From contig CACKBA010000002.1 of NCBI GenBank assembly GCA_902598295.1, positions 8,217 to 72,216 of the forward strand: 64,000 nt of DNA, read 5' to 3'. A program made the translations under genes and the position numbers. The notes under the pieces were generated by a model. It did not search any database, was not told the origin of the DNA, and was given only the letters and a program-made list of their open reading frames with translations. Positions 40,296 to 47,550 of this stretch are shown here, in pieces (position 1 is the first letter of the stretch; each line of letters opens with the position of its first letter). Origin of the DNA: an uncultured Bacteroidota bacterium (GTDB lineage Bacteria > Bacteroidota > Bacteroidia > Flavobacteriales > Flavobacteriaceae).

Positions 40296-43200
40296 ATGAT
40301 TTATTTAGATGACAATGGTGTTACAGTGAAAGCTGTAAGTGGTGCCAAAGGAGCAAAAGCAGGTGAGGTTTATGAATTAAATGGAGAAAAATATTACGTA
40401 GCTGTAGATGCCTATGAATTACGAGCAATAATCAACAAAAGGAGTACTTCAAAAGGTAAAGATTTTCCACTAAACAGGATTGTTACTTCTAAACTCACCA
40501 CCATGAATAGTTTGTTTTCATACCAAAAAGACTTTAATGAAGATATTTCTAATTGGGACACAGGAAGAGTTAAGTCCATGTCCGAAATGTTTAAGTGTTG
40601 TGAAAAGTTCAACCAACCAATTGGGAATTGGGATGTTAGTAAAGTGACAGCTACAATGGAAATGTTTTATGGAGCCAAAGCATTCAATCAACCGATTGGG
40701 GACTGGAATACTGCAGTTTTAGATAATTTTTCAAATATGTTTGAAGGAGCTGAATCATTTAATCAACCAATTGAGAACTGGAATATGTCAAGGTGTGGTA
40801 ATATGCTGGGAATGTTCAAAGGGGCCTCATCTTTCAATCAATCTCTAAAAAACTGGAAAATTGGAAGTGGTCAACCTGGAAATGATTGGTTTTACAGCCC
40901 AAGAATGTTTTCTCTATTTGAAAATGCAAAAGCCTTTAACGGTGATTTGAGCGGATGGAGGCTTCGCGGTTCACTGACAGGACTTTTTAAAGGGGCCTCA
41001 TCTTTCAACCAACCCTTAGACAGCTGGGATGTTGAAAATGTTGATTCTATGAAATCCCTCTTTGAAGGAGCAGAATCATTCAATCAGGACATTTCTAATT
41101 GGAATACATCAAATGTAACATCCTTTGAAAACACATTTTATGGAGCTTCTTCTTTCAATCAAAATATTGGCAAATGGAATACATCAAAGGCCACTAATTT
41201 TTTAAACATGTTTAGAGAAGCATCAGCATTTAATCAAGATATTTCTGGGTGGGATGTTTCTAACGTAAAGAAAGTGAATGGATTATTTAGAGGAGCAAAA
41301 GCATTCAATCAAGATATAAGTTCATGGAAATTGAACGAAAGTATAAAGTTCTCTAAAACAATTTTTCAAGATGCTAGTTCTTTTGACATAGAGAACCACT
41401 CTCCGTTTAATGAAATAAAATCTACGACAAAAAGAGTGAGTGTTGCAACACAAGCCGCAAGTTCACTTGGAATTGAGTTAACAGCAGATGATAAAAAAAC
41501 TATTTCCAAGATTAAAAAATTATTAATATCAAGGGATTTAGAACAAATTGATTTGGGTGTGGAATTATTACTATCACTTGCTAAAACAGAGGTTTATGAA
41601 ACTCTTTTATTTGGATGCAAAATAATGGACGATGGAAAATTAGAAAGACCTAAAATGTTTACTGGCTCTGGTCCAGCTCAACCATTTTTAGACTATGCTT
41701 TATTAAACCTCATCGCAGATGCACCAAAGGGGGCCAAAGTGGACGAATCAATTGACAAGGAAAATATAACTTCTCTTGATTTTGACATGTTTGATTTTAA
41801 CTCTTTTGAGTATAGCACAACGATTCAAAATTTCGTTTCAGTTAGTAAATTTTATAATCTAAAATCTCTTTCAATTGATTTTAAAAAATTCAATATCAAA
41901 ACTGCTTGCTATGAAGATAGAGACTCTGAAAAAGAAAGTGGGATCGACCTTTCAAATGTGTTTTCTGGAAATAAGATTACTCATTTAAAAGTAAGAGAAG
42001 TCAAAGGCAGTCTTAATTGGTTAGAAAATTTCACGCAACTTCAAAAACTAGAATTCAGGAGTGCTCGATATTACAATCTTGATGATACTGATTGCTTTAA
42101 CAATTTAAAAAATTTGGAAGAATTAATATTCCTTGCTGAGCGATATCCAGATTTGGATTTTCTTTCAGAATGTAGTAAAATAAAAAAGCTTAAACTTAGT
42201 TGCATCAAACCGGGTTATGGAGAGGACGAATCTGGAAAATTAAAAAATATTGATTTTTTGGCAAATTTGGGTGAATTGGAGGATTTGAGAATTGACTCTA
42301 TAATTCCTGAAATGAATATTGACGGAATACATTCCTGTAAAAATTTAAAATATTTATCAATACCTATAGCTGGTGATGAAGATCTTTCTGGGTTGAAGAG
42401 TTGCAGTTCTCTTGAAACCTTGATTCTTAAATCAGGCTGGGATTCTCTGACGGGACGTGGATGGGGTCATAATTTTGATATATCAGGTAGAATTAATGAT
42501 TTACAAGGATTGAAAGATTTAAAAGATTTAAAAGATTTAAAAATTGAGAAATTTAATTTTTTCGGTTTGGGGAATGGGAACTTAATGAGTGATTTGAAAG
42601 CAAAAGAAAGTCAATCAAATGCAAGAGTTTCGGGATCAGACATCCGAATGATTGATTCTGTTATTAGATACAAAGCACTTCCTTTTACAGGCACACTTTT
42701 CTATAATTACAGACATCCATACAATCTCCGGACTCTTAATCGCAGATCTTCCGCTGATGATAATCATATTTTTAGTGAGTGTGAGATTGTTGAGGGTTTA
42801 AAAGATGGTTTATACAAAGAGTTCTATACAACAGGCAAACCAAAGTTTGAAGCTTTATATGAAAAAAATAAACTCAGTAAAATAACGGCATTCTACGACG
42901 CCAAGGGAGAAAATATTTTAAATAGTAATGGCGCTACGTTAAGTTACGACCTAGAGAGTGCTGACGTACATAGAATTGGTGGAGATTCAGGTGGTTTTTT
43001 AAAAAACAGCAAACCATTTAATGGATTTTGTTACTTAGAAATAGACACTCAATCATCATACCTTTCCAAAGACATTATATATGGGGAATCTCTATTTGAT
43101 ATTTTAAGAGATACGATTCAACAAGAATCTTTTGATCATCAAAATCCTGAATTAAGCAAGTTTGGTTTACTTCTACACAATAGGGATGCTAAGATTTCAG

Positions 43201-44657
43201 TTGTTTTAAAAATCAAGGATGGACTCATTTCAAATGATATTTTTCTTGCTGGCTCAAAAGAATTCTCTAAAATTACTGTTGAAGATGATTATGATTTTGA
43301 AAGAATGAATCATGAAGACAAATCAGCATTTGAAAAAATTGATGACAACAAAAAGCACAGGCTCCAAATTTATTTTCATAAACTCTCAAGTCTTGTTTTC
43401 AAGGCTGAATCATTACCCGAAACAGATGATGATGATATTGCGGTTTTATTAACTAAAGGAGTAAAACAAGGGAGGTTTAGCAATTCCACTTCACAGATGC
43501 ATGAGATTCCCATGTTTTACTATTTAAAATCCATCATTAATGGCGAAAAGATGTCAAAAAGACAACAAAATTTAAATAGACCTAAACTCTCAACAGAGGA
43601 TAAAAAAGCATTTTCAGAAATTAAAAAGCAGTTGACAAGCAGAGACTACAGCAAAATTGACGAGGCAATATCAAAGTTAAATGCCCTAAATCTCGATGAA
43701 TTATTTGAAACATTACTTGAGGGTTGTGAAATACCCGAATTTAATCCAAATGAAATTTATCCCAAGATTATCAGAAATAAATTCTTCACTGGATCTGGAC
43801 CAGCTCAACCAAGCTTAGATTATGCTCTTTTCTGTTTAATAGCAAATGCACCAACTGATGCAAATATTCACGATTCGCTTCGGTCTGAAAATATCACAGA
43901 TTTAAATGTAAAAACCTTTGGTCTTGCTCCAATTCCACCTGAGATTAAGGATGGTTTTATTCCGCTAGATAATTTAAAGCACTTGAATAATTTAATTATT
44001 GACCTTGAAATTTTTCAAGAACTAAATAAGGGTAGAGATAAGTGGTTTATAAACTCGAATATTAAGAAACTGGAGCTAACGGCAAAAGGAAGTCTAAAAT
44101 TTTTTAATAATCTAAAATCTTTAGAATATTTAGATATAGAGTTTGGATATTATGGTGATTCTATAAAAGACTATGAGGCTTTAGAAAGCTTAGAAAATCT
44201 GAAGGAGTTGAAGTTAACTATTGGGAATTATGATAAGATATCATTAGGATTTATTAAAAAGAACAAAAAACTTAAGAAACTCTATATTGATTTGAAAAAT
44301 AGTTGGGGAGATAGTCATCCAGTTGATGATTTGAGTGCAATTGAACATTTGAATGAGTTGGAAGAATTGCATGTTAAGGAAATATCAACAACAGATTTAA
44401 AGGCACTATCAAAATGTAAGGGTTTAAAAAAATTAACCCTTGAGTTCTATGAGTATGGGCGAGAAGATTTTTCATTTGATTACACCTTGTTGAACAATTG
44501 TCAATCTTTGGAATCTTTTTCAATCAATGGGTTGAATGACTATAAAATGAATGCTAGAATTCTTGATTTCAATTCATTAAGTGGTTTAAAAAACCTAAAG
44601 CATCTTTTAGTTGATAAAGTTTCCATTGTAAATACAAAATCAATTTTTTTAGATTAA
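40296..44657 (+). CDS. 1453-aa multidomain protein: BspA/DUF285-type repeats, two [helical module + LRR array] units, MORN/YwqK-like repeats
   Basis: No signal peptide. About 12 repeats of ..F.GA.SFNQ(P/D)I..W(D/N).S.V... lie between about 40480 and 41400. MORN-like ..EGLKDGLYKEFYTTGKPKFEALYEKNKLSKITAFYDAKGENI.. lies near 42780-42920. Confidence 0.8.
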   Translation: MIYLDDNGVTVKAVSGAKGAKAGEVYELNGEKYYVAVDAYELRAIINKRSTSKGKDFPLNRIVTSKLTTMNSLFSYQKDFNEDISNWDTGRVKSMSEMFKCCEKFNQPIGNWDVSKVTATMEMFYGAKAFNQPIGDWNTAVLDNFSNMFEGAESFNQPIENWNMSRCGNMLGMFKGASSFNQSLKNWKIGSGQPGNDWFYSPRMFSLFENAKAFNGDLSGWRLRGSLTGLFKGASSFNQPLDSWDVENVDSMKSLFEGAESFNQDISNWNTSNVTSFENTFYGASSFNQNIGKWNTSKATNFLNMFREASAFNQDISGWDVSNVKKVNGLFRGAKAFNQDISSWKLNESIKFSKTIFQDASSFDIENHSPFNEIKSTTKRVSVATQAASSLGIELTADDKKTISKIKKLLISRDLEQIDLGVELLLSLAKTEVYETLLFGCKIMDDGKLERPKMFTGSGPAQPFLDYALLNLIADAPKGAKVDESIDKENITSLDFDMFDFNSFEYSTTIQNFVSVSKFYNLKSLSIDFKKFNIKTACYEDRDSEKESGIDLSNVFSGNKITHLKVREVKGSLNWLENFTQLQKLEFRSARYYNLDDTDCFNNLKNLEELIFLAERYPDLDFLSECSKIKKLKLSCIKPGYGEDESGKLKNIDFLANLGELEDLRIDSIIPEMNIDGIHSCKNLKYLSIPIAGDEDLSGLKSCSSLETLILKSGWDSLTGRGWGHNFDISGRINDLQGLKDLKDLKDLKIEKFNFFGLGNGNLMSDLKAKESQSNARVSGSDIRMIDSVIRYKALPFTGTLFYNYRHPYNLRTLNRRSSADDNHIFSECEIVEGLKDGLYKEFYTTGKPKFEALYEKNKLSKITAFYDAKGENILNSNGATLSYDLESADVHRIGGDSGGFLKNSKPFNGFCYLEIDTQSSYLSKDIIYGESLFDILRDTIQQESFDHQNPELSKFGLLLHNRDAKISVVLKIKDGLISNDIFLAGSKEFSKITVEDDYDFERMNHEDKSAFEKIDDNKKHRLQIYFHKLSSLVFKAESLPETDDDDIAVLLTKGVKQGRFSNSTSQMHEIPMFYYLKSIINGEKMSKRQQNLNRPKLSTEDKKAFSEIKKQLTSRDYSKIDEAISKLNALNLDELFETLLEGCEIPEFNPNEIYPKIIRNKFFTGSGPAQPSLDYALFCLIANAPTDANIHDSLRSENITDLNVKTFGLAPIPPEIKDGFIPLDNLKHLNNLIIDLEIFQELNKGRDKWFINSNIKKLELTAKGSLKFFNNLKSLEYLDIEFGYYGDSIKDYEALESLENLKELKLTIGNYDKISLGFIKKNKKLKKLYIDLKNSWGDSHPVDDLSAIEHLNELEELHVKEISTTDLKALSKCKGLKKLTLEFYEYGREDFSFDYTLLNNCQSLESFSINGLNDYKMNARILDFNSLSGLKNLKHLLVDKVSIVNTKSIFLD
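42513..42539 (+). repeat. in-frame 9-bp tandem repeat (aaagattta x3), encoding part of LKDLKDLKDLK
   Basis: Read directly; three perfect copies. Confidence 0.9.
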
Positions 44658-44676
44658 GTTTAATATATTTACTTGA

Positions 44677-45270
44677 ATGGGCAGGAAAATTAAATTTAAC
44701 ATAGAAGGTCAAGTTCTTGAGTCAGGAATAACAAAAGTTGATAGAAAAAAACTATACGGTTCATCCAAAAAAATAGTAAAAGACAACAATGGAAATGAAT
44801 GTGTGATATCTGACCTTTATCTCGGTTCAAAAATATTACCAAGAGGTTCAATCTCCCAAGTTTTGATGAACAGCAAGGGGCATCATGTAAGCAGATCTGA
44901 GTTGGTTGGATTTAATCAGAATAATGAAAAGGTTGAAAAAGTTGAGTCCATTTTTAATTTGGAAAATAAATGCTTAAAAGTTGATATAGATGAGTTTTTA
45001 TCAGTCAATGTAAAGTCTATCTATCAATTAGATATTGATGACGAACAAATTGATAACTGGAAAAAGTATTTTACAAATGATGAGGTTTACTTTTTAGTCT
45101 TTAACTATAGGGCTGATTACGAGGGTGATGATGCATATATTATTTCTAATGGTGAACACTTTTTTATAACTGTGGGGAAAAAAAATGAATATACTTACTT
45201 AGAACAGGAAAACATCAATCTTGAAGAGGAGGAAGAAATTGATGATGAATTAGACTTTTCAATGCTTTAA
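44677..45270 (+). CDS. hypothetical protein with a strongly acidic C-terminal tail
   Basis: 197-aa ORF in the operon, ending ..NLEEEEEIDDELDFSML. No family recognised. Confidence 0.55.
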   Translation: MGRKIKFNIEGQVLESGITKVDRKKLYGSSKKIVKDNNGNECVISDLYLGSKILPRGSISQVLMNSKGHHVSRSELVGFNQNNEKVEKVESIFNLENKCLKVDIDEFLSVNVKSIYQLDIDDEQIDNWKKYFTNDEVYFLVFNYRADYEGDDAYIISNGEHFFITVGKKNEYTYLEQENINLEEEEEIDDELDFSML

Positions 45271-45272
45271 TT

Positions 45273-45980
45273 ATGCTTCGATACATTAGAATACAAGACA
45301 ACAATAAAAGAGACGCAGATATAAACTTTAAATCTGTGAGGACAGGTAATTTAATTTATTTAGCTCTTGAAAGTGGAGAGAAACCAATAAGTAAAAAAGT
45401 ACTTAAATCTACTGTCGAAAATAGCATTCCGCATTTAGTGAATAAATCCGAACCAACGGATGATGACTATGCAAAGTTTTCTGAAAAATTATTAAATGAT
45501 GACTCTGAAATGGATTTTGAACTATTTGGGAAATTTATAGGAAAAACGGATAAGATTTATACTGATAAGGAGTTAAACCCTGTTTACAATGTAACCATAA
45601 GTGAACAAATTTTAAATCCTCAAGGTGAGTTGGTGGAAGAAAAACAACAAAAACATATTAGCTCAAATATAACTGGTGAAGATATTGTTAAATGGACTGG
45701 TAAATATCTACCAAAGAAAAAATTATATAATAAAATTGTGTTGAGTTCAAAATACGAATTGAAACATGTCAACGGATTAACTTTTGACTTTTTGTTTACA
45801 ATTGCAAAAGATTTACATGACAAAGATTCTTTTATGATGCTTGGTGGAGGAAAAGGAAATGAACCTTTGGTTATGAATGAAAACGGGAAACCTTACAGGG
45901 CTTTTTTAGAGGGCAAAGTTAAAGGAAACTCTTATTGCTTAATTATGCACCTTTCAAATCAAGAATATAAAAACGTATGA
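45273..45980 (+). CDS. hypothetical protein
   Basis: 235-aa ORF starting 2 nt after the previous stop. Its stop overlaps the ligase start (ATGA). No family recognised. Confidence 0.55.
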   Translation: MLRYIRIQDNNKRDADINFKSVRTGNLIYLALESGEKPISKKVLKSTVENSIPHLVNKSEPTDDDYAKFSEKLLNDDSEMDFELFGKFIGKTDKIYTDKELNPVYNVTISEQILNPQGELVEEKQQKHISSNITGEDIVKWTGKYLPKKKLYNKIVLSSKYELKHVNGLTFDFLFTIAKDLHDKDSFMMLGGGKGNEPLVMNENGKPYRAFLEGKVKGNSYCLIMHLSNQEYKNV

Positions 45981-47326
45981 TTAACAATCAATTATCTGAA
46001 AAATTATTAAACTACAAGAACTCTGTAGCAAGTAAGTATATACCTGTACGAAGTGATCAAATATTATCCCGAGTTTTTGATTTGGATAAATATTACGTTT
46101 CCACAAAAATGGATGGACACCTCTGTTTTATCATAAAAGAAAAAAATGATATTAGTATTTTAAATCACAACAGCAATCCTTTTGAGAGGGAAGAACTGAT
46201 TAGTGAAATAGAAAAAATATTGAAAGATGATGATGGGGTTTTTGTTGGTGAAATATATTTTCATAAAGAAAATGAAAGAACTCGCTCATACAATTTAAAA
46301 AGAGAAATAAGTGAAAAAAACAGCGACATAAGAATTGCTCTTTTTGATGTTTTGAATCACAAAGGCAAGGAGTTTGTGGAGAATGATTGGAACACGAAAA
46401 AAGACTTACTTAAGTCACTTTTCCCAAGTAAAGGCAAGGTTTATTTTTTAGATGAAATTGAATTAACAAGCAGGAAAGATATTGAAGATGAGTTCAAAAC
46501 CAGAGTTGGAGATACCAAAGAGGAAGGACTAATTGTTAGGGGTCAAAATGGACCTGTCTTTAAAGTAAAAGAATATTTAAGTTTTGATATGGCTGTGCTG
46601 GGATATGTTAATGGATACCAAAACAATCCCTCTTTGATGAAGGAAATTTTACTTGGTGTTATGGTTGATAAGGACACCTACCTTGTTGTTGCAGTTGTTG
46701 CTAATGGATTTTCAGTGTCTGATAGAGAAAAACTTGCTATAGATTTTGAAAAACTCAAGGTGAATTCAGATGTGTTGCAAATGTCTAGTTCAAAGTTGCC
46801 CTTCACAATGATAGAACCAAAGATTATAGCTGAGGTTGAATCAACTGATATCATAAACTCTACATCAACAGGAGTTATTAAGAAACATATTTTGAAATTT
46901 GATAAAACTTATCAAGTTCAAAATTTTTCACCATCTGTAAGCCTTACTACACCAGTTTTTGTCAGATTTAGAGATGATAAAAAAATAAGTCAAAGTGATA
47001 TTGGTGTAAATCAAATAGAGAGAGTCATAGCTTTTGCTGAGGAAAAAGAAAATGAAAGTGATAAAAAGCCATCAAAGATTCTAAACAAAGAAGTTTATGT
47101 TAAGGAAACCAAAGGGTTAAAAATGGTGAAGAAATTCTTTATTTGGGAAACAAATTCAAATAGCACAGACTACCCAAAGTATGTTTATTATGGAATTGAT
47201 TATTCTCCATCAAGGGCTAGCAAACTAAATCGAGAAATTAAGGTTTCGGATGACAAGAAACAGATAGAAAAAATATTTCAAGATGAAATCGAGTCCAATG
47301 TAAAAAAAGGTTGGAATAAATTTTAA
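45977..47326 (+). CDS. ATP-dependent DNA ligase (NTase + OB core) with a WGR-like C-terminal extension
   Basis: Motif I VSTKMDGH (K44, codon 46106-46108), III FVGEIYF, IIIa ALFDVL, IV EGLIVRG, V VFKVKE, VI PVFVRFRDDKK. The tail ends ..VKKGWNKF. Confidence 0.85.
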   Translation: MINNQLSEKLLNYKNSVASKYIPVRSDQILSRVFDLDKYYVSTKMDGHLCFIIKEKNDISILNHNSNPFEREELISEIEKILKDDDGVFVGEIYFHKENERTRSYNLKREISEKNSDIRIALFDVLNHKGKEFVENDWNTKKDLLKSLFPSKGKVYFLDEIELTSRKDIEDEFKTRVGDTKEEGLIVRGQNGPVFKVKEYLSFDMAVLGYVNGYQNNPSLMKEILLGVMVDKDTYLVVAVVANGFSVSDREKLAIDFEKLKVNSDVLQMSSSKLPFTMIEPKIIAEVESTDIINSTSTGVIKKHILKFDKTYQVQNFSPSVSLTTPVFVRFRDDKKISQSDIGVNQIERVIAFAEEKENESDKKPSKILNKEVYVKETKGLKMVKKFFIWETNSNSTDYPKYVYYGIDYSPSRASKLNREIKVSDDKKQIEKIFQDEIESNVKKGWNKF

Positions 47327-47365
47327 AGATAGTCCCTTTACAGACGGCTATGGGGTAGTTCTTAA

Positions 47366-47467
47366 ATGCGAAAAGACAAAAAATCACTTGCTGAAACACA
47401 TCCAGAAATTGCTCAACAATGGCATTCAACAAAAAATGGGGATTTAACCCCTAATGATGTTTCGTAA
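47366..47467 (+). pseudogene. truncated zinc-ribbon (DUF4379-like) gene fragment
   Basis: The 33-aa ORF MRKDKKSLAETHPEIAQQWHSTKNGDLTPNDVS reproduces the ..LA..HPEL..EWH..KNG.L.P.DV.. repeat opening of that family. It stops before any Cys-rich part, 9 nt from the tRNA 3' end. Confidence 0.5.
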
Positions 47468-47476
47468 AATAAGAAG

Positions 47477-47550
47477 TGGAGAAGATGGGACTCGAACCCA
47501 CGACCTCTTGACTGCCAGTCAAGCGCTCTAGCCAGCTGAGCTACATCCCC
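47477..47550 (-). tRNA. tRNA-Ala (anticodon GGC)
   Basis: Hand-folded cloverleaf: GGGGATG TA GCTC AGCTGGCTA GAGC G CTTGA CTGGCAG TCAAG AGGTC GTGGG TTCGAGT CCCAT CTTCTCC A. It has U33, A37 and the G3:U70 Ala identity pair. There is one U6-U67 mismatch in the acceptor stem. CCA is not encoded. Confidence 0.9.
47511..47550. repeat. 40-bp direct repeat, copy 1 (tRNA-Ala positions 1-40, inside the intact gene)
   Basis: actgccagtcaagcgctctagccagctgagctacatcccc is identical to 49041-49080. Confidence 0.95.

Noticed and set aside
36438-41083. Multiple 60-125-aa minus-strand ORFs (e.g. 36939-37145, 37524-37793, 38370-38747, 39934-40248, 40412-40612, 40892-41083) inside the LRR, VWA and BspA genes
   Set aside because: All are antisense to long ORFs with clear repeats or motifs. 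LRR-coding DNA commonly leaves the antisense frames open.
40480-42545. Repetitive DNA (DUF285 units such as aaaggggcctcatctttcaa at ~40818 and ~40987, and the 9-bp tandem at 42513-42539) considered as CRISPR-like or DGR template/variable repeats
   Set aside because: The repeats are in frame, protein-coding and irregularly spaced. There are no spacers, cas genes or reverse transcriptase in the window.
36460-44657. Interpretation of the LRR/BspA proteins as T9SS-secreted surface adhesins
   Set aside because: Both begin with hydrophilic sequence (MLSKDEKQNIAK.., MIYLDDNGVTVK..), with no signal peptide or lipobox. Both end in LRRs rather than a recognisable CTD.
44677-45980. Idea that the two ORFans upstream of the ligase are a Ku-like end-binding pair
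   Set aside because: Neither translation shows the bacterial Ku N-terminal pattern (..WKG.ISFGLV.IPV..) or a comparable length and layout. This is kept only as something a structure search could revisit.
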